From NCBI RefSeq assembly GCF_964204645.1, contig NC_134028.1, forward strand, positions 8,928,001 through 8,992,000: DNA of 64,000 nucleotides, in the 5' to 3' direction. This document shows, in pieces, positions 38,159 through 48,214 of the stretch. The stretch comes from Tubulanus polymorphus (lineage: Eukaryota; Animalia; Nemertea). The notes under the pieces are model-generated. The model saw only the letters and a program-made list of their open reading frames with translations. It did not search any database and was not told the origin of the DNA. How positions within the stretch are numbered: the stretch's first letter is position 1; every line of letters begins with the position of its first letter. The position numbers were made by a program, and so were the translations under genes.

Positions 38159-41100
38159 TTTTGAAACGATATAAAACAGTTTTACGATTTTTGATATTTT
38201 TCAGTTGAACAGGTTCAAAAACACTTGATGAGCCTACAAACCCAGTACACCAAGGACAAGAATCCGGCAGCAAGTGGCAGTAGTGCCACTAAAAAGTCAA
38301 GGAAAGCTGCATGGCTTTTGGAGAAACTCCAATTTCTCCAACCACACATTGGAATGCGAACTACAATTTCCAATTTGGAGGTTAGTATGAAGTACTAAGA
38401 TAAAGAAATAAGTTCACTCAATCTCATGGGATTTTATTTGATTTTATCTTCAAAGAATATTATAATATGTATGTAACAATAATCATCTCTTACAAAATAT
38501 TGCACTATATTGAATATTGAACTATATTTATTCTTTATTTTTCATACAGTGACTGATACAGGATCTATAACATTGATTGATCTATTTTTCTATAATTGCG
38601 TCCAGCCAAGAAACCGATCCTGCATCTGATAGGAAATAACTTTTCAGGGCTTCCCACTGTTGTTTTGCTGATACTGACAAATTTCTATTATGGTTTGGTT
38701 GTTAACCGACTAAACCATCAGAATTTCTACAACTTCCAAGAATAACATTGTGATTATCATCCTCGGTGTCAATTAAACTTCCACTTGCGCTCACAAAGAC
38801 TTGGTTATCGAAACATAGGCCAATGTGGTTATCAATTCAAATGTTTTGATTTCCAATGACGATAAAGCCCTAGCTTGCTAATTTCTCAACTACCTAGTTG
38901 ATGTAATTACTTTCATATGTAAGATGTAAATTAAAATTATGTGAAACTGGACCCTTACAATTAGTTCGATGTTTAATTGATGTTTCTCTTGTTCTAGCAT
39001 GGAATAAATTTTCCGCCTAAAAAATTGTACGATTGACACGTTTGACACCGATGCCACCAAGAACCATGAAGCCACTAGTGGTTGGGCAACCCAAGACCCT
39101 GCGGAGAAAGTTTTGGCAGATGCGATGCGCCAGGTTGCCCAGTCCGGAGATCAAACCCGAAACATTTGTTAGGCCAGTATACACTTCAATTGGTAAGTTT
39201 AAGGGTATGAAATTTCAGTGGATACTCTCTAATGCTCTTGGCTTTGCAGTAAACCTCTACGTCATGGATGAATGTGAGAAGCAAAAACCACATCCCAAGA
39301 AAGACCACAAGACCCATGCTGACAACAAGAAAGCCCTCTTCAAATACATGAGGCTGTTTCCCGAAGCCAAGGAATGGATTGAGAGGAGGAGAGCTTTCCA
39401 TCAAGAGCGTGTGAAACCTACGATTTCAAGACAAGTTTTCAATATACAGTCAGATTGATTGATATCAGGGTTGTTTTGTGCTTGTACTATTTATGAAAAT
39501 TTCTTATCTTCACAGAAGCTTGTTAGACTCAACCAGCCGGGAGCCAACCAACTGTGACCACTAGGAGTCGGCCAACTGCTACAACCAGGAATCAACCAAG
39601 TTCAGCGACTACAACTGAGAACGTCTCGATGCCATCTGATGATGATGATGATCTACTGACAAGTGTCATCACTCTTGAAGTGCAGTTATCTGGTGATATA
39701 TCTTAATTCTACTGATATTTCTATTGTAGATTCAATTTATACATCATGATGACAATCAAATGAATTCTGGGCACATACCTTTCAAATTGTACTTCCTCAA
39801 CACATCAATTTGGCTCACTTTTCTCAGTGTCACGGATCTAGTCGCACATGCCAACTATGCAACTCTACGTAATCTCATTTTTCCAGTGAGTCACTCTTAT
39901 TCCTCATTTATAGCTATTTAGATGGTTACATTACGGTTTTCTATCATTCTGTTTTTTGTTTTATTTTTTCAGTGAAATTGAACCGGACTTTATGGTGATT
40001 TAAAATTCTTATTCTATAAACCTCAATCAGGAATGAGATAGTAAATTCATATTCTATTTTTCTCTATCTAGCCTTTCAGACAACACGGACTACAGCAACA
40101 ACGTCTACGACTACTACAACACCGACTACGACAACTACAACACAGACTAAATCAACTGCGATCGATAACGACCACCGCTTGCTTTTACCAGAATGGCGCA
40201 AAGCTCTGTCCGAATATGAACAGAACTGGATCACCAAAACCCTCTTCATGAAGACCAAGAGTGGGAAGCTGGAGATGGATTTTAGCCGCGTCAATCAGCT
40301 TTGGTGGAATCCTCCACAGCCATTGGTAGTTGCAGGCCAGGTACCCAACGTCGAGCAGAACTTTGCCCACCGCATGTTCTTGTGGATGCCTCGACGACTG
40401 TGGCAAATCCAACTTAGATGTCCAGTCGCAACGTGCCAAGGTAGAGAGTTGACATCAGGAGGATTATACAAGGGGTTGCGGCAAGTACTTGATATCGATT
40501 TGCACTACTTCATCGCAACAGAAAGTTTGGAATGTCAGAAGTAAGATTGTGCCCATGTTAAAGCGTGACTTGCAGATTACAGGTTGTGATTTTATGAATG
40601 ATTTTTTTTTTGTCTCGTATTTATAGATGCAAGGCGTAATATGTTGGAACGACTGCTGAGATCATCTCGCAACTAGCCGTCGGTTACCAGCTCAAGTTCC
40701 CGTGTATACTGACACAGAAGTACGCGTGCAATTATAAGGTTGTGCGACTGCTTTGTCAGAGAGGTCTGGGTAACAGCACTACTCAGATCCAGAAGAGGCT
40801 GCGGGAGCAACACGACAAAGCTTACCTCGAGCGTGTCCCACAGTACCTCAGCCACAGCCTTTGAGCATGGCTCATGCTTGAGCGTGGCTCATGCTTGTGT
40901 ACGTCATTGATGTGTTGTCGAGACTGGACGAGGTCAGGGCAGCCATGACTTCTCAGTTTGGTCAAGAAGTTGACTGGTCATGCCAAGGGGACCGCGGTGG
41001 TGTACCAATGTTGGGAACGAGCATGGCCAGGTCCTTATGTCTGTCCTTACTACTGGCAAGGGCTATGGTCTCAGTCAAATGATTGATGGCCTAATCAAAA

Positions 41101-42051
41101 GGTATGATACTGCTGGTGTGCCTGCCCCTGAAGTGATATACACTGATCGGGATTGTTGTGGCCACAGCGTACTGAAAACGAACCTAGCCCCCTGGACAGA
41201 TATCATCATCAGATTGGACGTTTGGCATTTAATGCGGCGGTTCTCTACAGGGTGTACTAGAGATTCACATCGGCTTTATGCGAGTTACAGAGAGGCCTTA
41301 GCCGATGAATCTTTGAGTGAAACCCTGAGGATCTTGACCGTCTAAAGAGAGCGAAGTGTGAGGAACTAGCCCTGAAAGCTATCACTGGTCTTAGTGACCG
41401 CCAGCTAGTTGAACAAATTTCCTCGGCTGAGTTGGCACGGCACTGTCAACGTACCACACGTGGAACAAATGCTATTGTCCCCCTACTAGGTCAGCTTGTC
41501 GCTTCCTTGTCGGGTGACAAAGAGAAAGACTCTTTGGGTGTTCCGCCCATGAACACTAAGCGCATGGCGGAGATCTATAAATCTCAAGCCAAGCATGTTG
41601 CCTGCCTGCAGGTTCCACCTGGCGTTCAGTTGTACACACAAAGAAGGGACAGACGACACTGCCTATCTATAGATGTGCCCGTGGTTCAATTGAATCATTC
41701 CACCTTCATCTAAACATATTCATTCCAGGTAAGATTAAAAATCACTTTCAACATATAAAATATTCTCTTGTACCTTTCTCTACCACAATTAGCTGATTTT
41801 ATGATTTCATATTTATATGTACTGTGGCTGGCGATGTCAGTTTCCAGATGTACCTGGTTGATGGTTTAGCACGTTGGAATAAGGATCGAGCTATTGCAGC
41901 TGTAACTCAAGACAAACAGATTTCCTGCTACAGTGGAAAGCTATGCCATCATATCAATGAGCTAAGTCAAACTGTCCTTGGAAAGAAGCTTTTACAAGCG
42001 TTCCAAGGGCCATTGCGTTACACTGGTGAACCTATAGGTATTGGTTATCTT

Positions 42052-42540
42052 TGTTAAGCTGGTGCTGCCCTCTGTGGCATTTCCGGTTAATTTACATAAA
42101 GATTGGTGGGAGTTTGGGAAGCAATGTTGCTTTGGATAGTTCAGAGATCTTGTTAACGTTACGGTTTTGTAAAGACAGGAGCTTTAATGTGTCTGTAAGT
42201 AGGCTTAAGTTTATTTCTCTTGTAATTTTTAGCTGGGTCTTTTCTAAGATTTGTTTTTAACTCTTTTATAGAAACCTCGTTGCTCGTTTGTAAGGTTTAT
42301 GATGTACTATTAATTCGGTTCAGTATCGTCGATGATTGACGATTTTAAGCAGATAAGAGTATAAGCTGTAAGATGTCTCCGGTCAAGCCGGTGGTTATGT
42401 GTTATCGAAGAAAGTTATGATGATGATGAACAATAAAGAATCGAGCGTTTAACTCAGATCAAGCTCCTCCGTTTCGTCTATAAAGTTTATTTCATTCCGG
42501 ATTCGTAGTCAGCAGTCAGTGGTTTGCGGTGTAGCTTATA
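42052..42540 (+). repeat. 5' LTR
   Basis: TGTTAAGCT...AGCTTATA, direct repeat of 47726-48214. AATAAA at 42432. Confidence 0.97.
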
Positions 42541-42551
42541 GTTTAGACACA

Positions 42552-45500
42552 ATGGATGCTGCTGAAACCAGTCCTCGTGAAGTTCCCGAAGACGAAGCTA
42601 CAATCGCGTACCCCCGTAAAGAAGAGGTTGATCCTCAGCAGCCGTGTAATGATGACGTTGGACCGAACGACTCGGCTAGTCAAACTAGCTCAACACGTAG
42701 CAGTAATATATCGATGCGCCGTATTGATGCAATCGCCTCCCGTCGAGGTCTGGAAGCGAAGCTTCAGCGCCTTAAAGAACTGGCTAATATCGAGAAAGAA
42801 CGATTAAACGCCGAAATCCGATTTAAACAGCAGACATTAGAACTCAGTAGTAAATCGTCGATGTTGGAAGCGGAAGCGGAGCTTGCCGAAGCTGTTGCGA
42901 AACAGCAAGTTTACGAAGAGGCTGAAATGGAATCGAACCTCGCCGAAAGTTCAGCGCAAAAATCGTTGCGACCAGATGTACCTCCGTGGGTGCCTCGGTC
43001 TGCGAATGTATGTACAGAAGCGTCTGTATTGACTCCGCTCGTTCAGAACAGTACACCGAATGATAAAAGTCAGTTTAATAATTTAATGCAACATTTCGAG
43101 GATACGGCTGCGATGCAGCGCGAGACCACGCTGAGTCTCACTCTACCGAAACCCGAGATGCCGACGTTTAACGGTGACGTTACTGAATATTTCTCGTTTA
43201 TGCGTGCATTTGAAACGTTAATATTGAATAAGACTAATAATAATGGTACTAAGCTTTATCTGCTGTTGCAGCACACCAGTGACAGTCCTCGTGAATTAGT
43301 GAACAGCTTCTTGAGCATGCCCCCCGATGAGGGTCTGCCACTTGCTCTGAAAGCACTGGAACGTCGATACGGACAGAGTTACAGGATTGCAGCTGCGTTC
43401 GCTAGCAAGCTGACAGATGGTCCACCGATTAAATCCGAAGACGCTGTAGCTCTTCAGAAATTTTCCGTTTTAGTTACTAGTTGTGCGAACACTTTATCTC
43501 AGATCGGATACCTCAGCAAAATCGACAACCCCGATGCACTTTGTAAATTAGTTTTTCGGTTGCCGATTCATATTCGTAGACGTTGGCGCAGTCGTGCAGA
43601 TGCAATTGGCGAACAGGAAGCTAGAGAAGCAACGGTTCATGACATCGCTCGCTTCATCGAAGATGAAACACGTATTTTGACGCATCCGGTTTACGGAGAT
43701 CTGTCCGCTGGTGGAAGTACAGAGAAAGATCAGACGAAAGTTAAATCAGCACCTCGAAAGTCATTTGCTACTGGCGCTCAGGAGAAACTTACCGACAAGA
43801 AGCCCCTGAGGACGTGTAATGCTTGCGCGAGTCACGATCACTGGACCGACCAGTGCAAAGACTTTATCGAAAAATCGTTGGATGATAAAAACCGATTCGT
43901 AATGGAGAAGAGACTTTGCAAAAATTGTCTTGACGGAAATGATAACAGCAAGGTGTTAGAACCATTCGACGTTCGGAAACGGGATAGATATGGCCCGTTC
44001 GCGATTAGAACTCGATACGGATGGACCATAAATGGGCCTGTGAAGAGAACTGTGAATCATGTTGAAAAAACCGTTAACTGTATAAGAACCGATCGCACGC
44101 TTCAGGAACAGTTCGAGCAGTATTGTAATCGCGAATTTGAAGATAGTAGTACCGATGTCGCTATGTCCCGAGACGATTCCGTAGCGATTGATAAGATTAG
44201 CGGTTCTATGCGTTACGTTAACGACCGTTATGAAATTGGTTTACCCTGGAAGCTAGCCACGTTGCCTAATAACCGAGAACTGGCCGAACAACGATTAAAG
44301 AGACTCCGGAATAAACTTCAGAGAGATGGTATCATGGAAAGGTACACCGAGTACATGAATGATTTAATTGCGAAATCATTTTGCGAACGTATACCAGACG
44401 ACGAGCTTAACGGACCGCAAGGTACCACGTGGTACCTGCCGCATCATTCGGTAATGCAGCCAGAGAAGAATAAGTTACGCGTCGTGTTCGACTGTTCGGC
44501 GAAGTACCAGAACGTCAGCCTGAATGATGCCCTCTATCAGGGTCCAGACCTGACAAATTCGTTAGTAGGAGTTCTCACGAGATTTCGAGAAGGTCCAGTC
44601 GCGTTTACGGCGGATATAACCGCGATGTTTCATCAGGTGAACGTTTCGAAACCTGATCGGGATGCGCTGCGATTCTTGTGGTGGCCGAACGGCGACACAG
44701 AACAAGACGCGGGTGATTATCGCATGAACGTCCATGTGTTCGGAGCTGTATGCTCACCGACTATCTGTAACTTTGCGCTCCAAAAAACGGCGAAAGACTT
44801 CGGGCATGAATTTGGTCAAGATGCAGTTAATGTAATTATGAAAAACTTTTACGTCGACGACTGTTTGAAATCTTCGCGTGGCGAAACGGAATCTGTTCAG
44901 TTATTATACGATGTGCGAAGACTTGCGAAGCGAGGTGGTTTCACTCTAGCTAAGGTGTCAAGTTCGGTGCGAGAACTCGGTGCGAATCAACTTCCTCGAG
45001 AAAAAACCCTTGGTTGTTTGTGGGACATGCAAGACGATATGTTTAAGTACGAATTTAATTCGAAAGAAAGACCGTTGACGCGTCGCGGCTTGTTATCGGT
45101 GGTCAGCTCTATTTTTGACCCCCTCGGTTTGGTGTCTCCGATGCTGCTGCCTGGTAAAATGATCTGTCAAGAACTCTGTAGAATCGGTCTCGGTTGGGAT
45201 GATGAGATCCCACACTACCATCAAGAGAAGTGGTCGCGATGGTTAACAGAAGTATCAAAACTCGTTGATGTTTCGATCCCTAGATGCGTGATTCCTGCAG
45301 AATTCGGAAAACCTGTAACGGCTCAGCTGCATCATTTTTCAGACGGTTGCGAGACAGGTTACGGATCGGCATCTTATTTACGTCTGGAAAATGAAGCAGA
45401 GGAGGTTCATGTCAACCTGATGATGTCTAAGTCTCGTTTAGCGCCTATGAAAGGTTGTACGATTCTGAGGTTAGAACTCTCTGCTGCAGCCCTCTCGGTG

Positions 45501-47303
45501 TCATTAGATAATGTACTTCGGAAAGAACTAGAAATACCACTCAGTGAATCGGTATTTTGGACGGACAGTACGGCTGTCATTAAGTATGTGAATAACTCGG
45601 ATAAGCGGTTTAAAACCTTTGTGGCGAATAAGCTCACTTATATACACAACAGTACAAAACCGCATCAGTGGCGATTCGTACCTGGAAAGCTAAATCCGGG
45701 TGATGACGCGTCTAGAGGCTGTAACGTTCAATCAGTGATTGATGATTCCCGTTGGTTACACGGACCCGAGTTTTTACGTGAACGTGAGGAAAATTGGCCG
45801 AGCCAAACAGTCTCGTGTAAATTACCACAGAAAGATCCCGAAGTGAAGTCCTGTCAGCTAGTTTCAACTCCGTCCGAGAAATCTAAATTAATCGTGAAGC
45901 CCGGGAAGATATTTGTAGAATTAGCCAGTAAATATTCTTCCTGGTTCAAAGCTAAGGCTGTAGCAGCCTGGGTAATTCGTTTTGCCCACGTTATGAAACA
46001 TGTAGTGAAGAAGGCGCCAGCTGTCGACAAGTTGAAACAGATATCCGTCGGAGAATTAAGGCAAGCGGAAAATATTATCTTGCAATCGGTACAACGTCAG
46101 GAATTCTCGAAAGAATTCTCCGCTCTCGAGAAATCACGTGTCGTTCAGAAGTCTAGCTATCTTCGTCGATTAAGCCCTTTCGTACATGAAGGGCTCTTAT
46201 GCGTAGGCGGGCGTTTGAATAATTCGTACCTGGATTATCCGGTCAGACACCCGATTATACTGCCGAAGAATAACTACATTACAAGCCTTATAATATCGCA
46301 TTATCATCGTTTTATTGCGGGTCACTCGGGGATGAATCACGTCCTTAGTTTGTTACGTGAACAATACTGGATAATTCACGGAAAAAGTCAAGTCCGGCGT
46401 TTGCTACGCAAATGCGTCGATTGTCTTAAACGTCAGGGAGCCGTTGGCGAACAGCTGATGTCCGATTTGCCAGCTGATCGACTAACGCCCGATAAACCCC
46501 CCTTTTCTGCGGTTGGAATAGACCTGTTCGGTCCTTACTTTGTAAAGCAGGGGCGCAGTCAAGTGAAACGTTACGGATGCATCTTCACTTGCATGGCGAG
46601 TAGAGCGGTGCATATTGAAATAGTCCATAGTATGGACACCAGTTCATTCATAAATGCGTTACGTAGATTTATTGCTCGTCGTGGGCAGCCCGAGATTATC
46701 CGTTGCGATAACGGCGGAAACTTCGTGAGCGCCGAAAAGGAATTACGAGATGCGATCAACGCGTGGAATCAATCCCATATACAGTCGTTTCTGTTGCAAA
46801 AGGAAATTACTTGGTCGTTTAATCCTCCTTGCGGATCTCATCACGAAGGAATATGGGAGCGATGTATTCGTACTATCCGTAAAGTACTAAGTTCGATTAT
46901 AAGACAGCAGGTTCTCAATGATGAGACGCTGGCGACTCTTATGTGCGAAACTGAGAATATCGTGAATAGTCGTCCGCAGACTAGTATGTCCGATGATCCG
47001 TCAGATTTCCGGGCGGTGACGCCAAATCATATTTTATTGTTGCGTAATGTAGGTTCGCTACCTCCTGGTGTATTTGAGAAAACAGATATATTTGTAAAAC
47101 GTAGGTGGCGACAAGCCCAATATTTAGCTAATGTATTTTGGCTTCGTTGGTTAAAGGAATACCTGCCGTCACTACAGGAGAGACAAAAATGGCAAAAACC
47201 CCATCAGAATATGAAGGTGGGCGATTTGGTTTTAGTGTGTGATCAAAAATGCACCAAGATGTTCGTGGCCTTTGGGACGCATAATGGAGGTTTTTCCTGG
47301 TAG
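42552..47303 (+). CDS. BEL/Pao gag-pol polyprotein (gag, RT, RNase H, integrase; protease missing; frameshift near 47250, native end at 47400)
   Basis: Gag FNGDVTEY..F and knuckle CNACASHDHWTDQC; RT WYLPHH, LRVVFDCS, ADITAMF, FYVDD; RNase H HHFSDG, FWTDS; integrase GHSG..C..C, GIDLFGP, CDNGGNF, GIWER. The other frame continues WPLGRIMEVFPGSDGRVR. Confidence 0.93.
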   Translation: MDAAETSPREVPEDEATIAYPRKEEVDPQQPCNDDVGPNDSASQTSSTRSSNISMRRIDAIASRRGLEAKLQRLKELANIEKERLNAEIRFKQQTLELSSKSSMLEAEAELAEAVAKQQVYEEAEMESNLAESSAQKSLRPDVPPWVPRSANVCTEASVLTPLVQNSTPNDKSQFNNLMQHFEDTAAMQRETTLSLTLPKPEMPTFNGDVTEYFSFMRAFETLILNKTNNNGTKLYLLLQHTSDSPRELVNSFLSMPPDEGLPLALKALERRYGQSYRIAAAFASKLTDGPPIKSEDAVALQKFSVLVTSCANTLSQIGYLSKIDNPDALCKLVFRLPIHIRRRWRSRADAIGEQEAREATVHDIARFIEDETRILTHPVYGDLSAGGSTEKDQTKVKSAPRKSFATGAQEKLTDKKPLRTCNACASHDHWTDQCKDFIEKSLDDKNRFVMEKRLCKNCLDGNDNSKVLEPFDVRKRDRYGPFAIRTRYGWTINGPVKRTVNHVEKTVNCIRTDRTLQEQFEQYCNREFEDSSTDVAMSRDDSVAIDKISGSMRYVNDRYEIGLPWKLATLPNNRELAEQRLKRLRNKLQRDGIMERYTEYMNDLIAKSFCERIPDDELNGPQGTTWYLPHHSVMQPEKNKLRVVFDCSAKYQNVSLNDALYQGPDLTNSLVGVLTRFREGPVAFTADITAMFHQVNVSKPDRDALRFLWWPNGDTEQDAGDYRMNVHVFGAVCSPTICNFALQKTAKDFGHEFGQDAVNVIMKNFYVDDCLKSSRGETESVQLLYDVRRLAKRGGFTLAKVSSSVRELGANQLPREKTLGCLWDMQDDMFKYEFNSKERPLTRRGLLSVVSSIFDPLGLVSPMLLPGKMICQELCRIGLGWDDEIPHYHQEKWSRWLTEVSKLVDVSIPRCVIPAEFGKPVTAQLHHFSDGCETGYGSASYLRLENEAEEVHVNLMMSKSRLAPMKGCTILRLELSAAALSVSLDNVLRKELEIPLSESVFWTDSTAVIKYVNNSDKRFKTFVANKLTYIHNSTKPHQWRFVPGKLNPGDDASRGCNVQSVIDDSRWLHGPEFLREREENWPSQTVSCKLPQKDPEVKSCQLVSTPSEKSKLIVKPGKIFVELASKYSSWFKAKAVAAWVIRFAHVMKHVVKKAPAVDKLKQISVGELRQAENIILQSVQRQEFSKEFSALEKSRVVQKSSYLRRLSPFVHEGLLCVGGRLNNSYLDYPVRHPIILPKNNYITSLIISHYHRFIAGHSGMNHVLSLLREQYWIIHGKSQVRRLLRKCVDCLKRQGAVGEQLMSDLPADRLTPDKPPFSAVGIDLFGPYFVKQGRSQVKRYGCIFTCMASRAVHIEIVHSMDTSSFINALRRFIARRGQPEIIRCDNGGNFVSAEKELRDAINAWNQSHIQSFLLQKEITWSFNPPCGSHHEGIWERCIRTIRKVLSSIIRQQVLNDETLATLMCETENIVNSRPQTSMSDDPSDFRAVTPNHILLLRNVGSLPPGVFEKTDIFVKRRWRQAQYLANVFWLRWLKEYLPSLQERQKWQKPHQNMKVGDLVLVCDQKCTKMFVAFGTHNGGFSW

Positions 47304-47725
47304 TGATGGCAGGGTTCGTTCTGTAATGGTGAAAACTAAAGCAAATATGTTAAAACGACCAATTGATAAATTGGTGTCTCTTGAGTGTCCGGAAGACTAG
47401 TTTCAGTGTATTAAGTATTTGAAGATTCTGATGGTAAAATTTTGTATTATTGTATTTTCAAAGATGATATATTATAGCTGCACATGATTTATCTTAGGTG
47501 TTAACTAATTAATTAATTATAATAGGCAAAAGGTTTAGTTAAGGAATCTGCGTATTATTTAGTTGATTATGTGTATAGTTTTTCTGACAAATTGTTCAGT
47601 GAGAGACATTATCGAATTTTATACTTATTCTGTTTCTGCTTATCGGTTTAATGTGATTTGAATTACGGTGATTATGTAAGTTAGTGGATAAGTTAAGGTC
47701 CTTTTAGTGCCCTTAAGGCGGAGGG

Positions 47726-48214
47726 TGTTAAGCTGGTGCTGCCCTCTGTGGCATTTCCGGTTAATTTACATAAAGATTGGTGGGAGTTTGGGAAGCCATG
47801 TTGCTTTGGATAGTTCAGAGATCTTGTTAACGTTACGGTTTTGTAAAGACAGGAGCTTTAATGTGTCTGTAAGTAGGCTTAAGTTTATTTCTCTTGTAAT
47901 TTTTAGCTGGGTCTTTTCTAAGATTTGTTTTTAACTCTTTTATAGAAACCTCGTTGCTCGTTTGTAAGGTTTATGATGTACTCTTAATTCGGTTCAGTAT
48001 CGTCGATGATTGACGATTTTAAGCAGATAAGAGTATAAGCTGTAAGATGTCTCCGGTCAAGCGGGTGGTTATGTGTTATCGAAGAAAGTTATGATGATGA
48101 TGAACAATAAAGAATCGAGCCTTTAACTCAGATCAAGCTCCTCCGTTTCGTCTATAAAGTTTATTTCATTCCGGATTCGTAGTCAGCAGTCAGTGGTTTG
48201 CGGTGTAGCTTATA
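47726..48214 (+). repeat. 3' LTR
   Basis: Direct repeat of 42052-42540, preceded by the PPT and followed by the TSD. Confidence 0.97.

Larger units (their letters stand above)
17465..40324. repeat. Tandem segmental triplication, 3 x 7,620 bp (17465-25084, 25085-32704, 32705-40324)
   Basis: All ORFs recur at offsets +7620 and +15240. The only differences I saw are C>T at 29493 and C>A at 34056. Confidence 0.98.
42052..48214 (+). mobile_element. BEL/Pao LTR retrotransposon, recent insertion
   Basis: 489-bp LTRs at 42052-42540 and 47726-48214 (4 differences seen). 5-bp TSD ATCTT at 42047-42051 and 48215-48219. Polypurine tract AAGGCGGAGGG at 47715-47725. Confidence 0.97.

Noticed and set aside
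17465-40324. The 7.62-kb unit as a single large transposon or endogenous virus
   Set aside because: No terminal repeats or TSD, contents are unrelated decayed fragments, and the breakpoint falls inside an exon of the DUF6729-type gene.
42519-42551. ORF-track start (GTG) of the 1594-aa protein, and ORFs 42051-42260, 47707-47934 and 48193-48420
   Set aside because: These start in or lie within LTR sequence. The plausible polyprotein start is the ATG at 42552.
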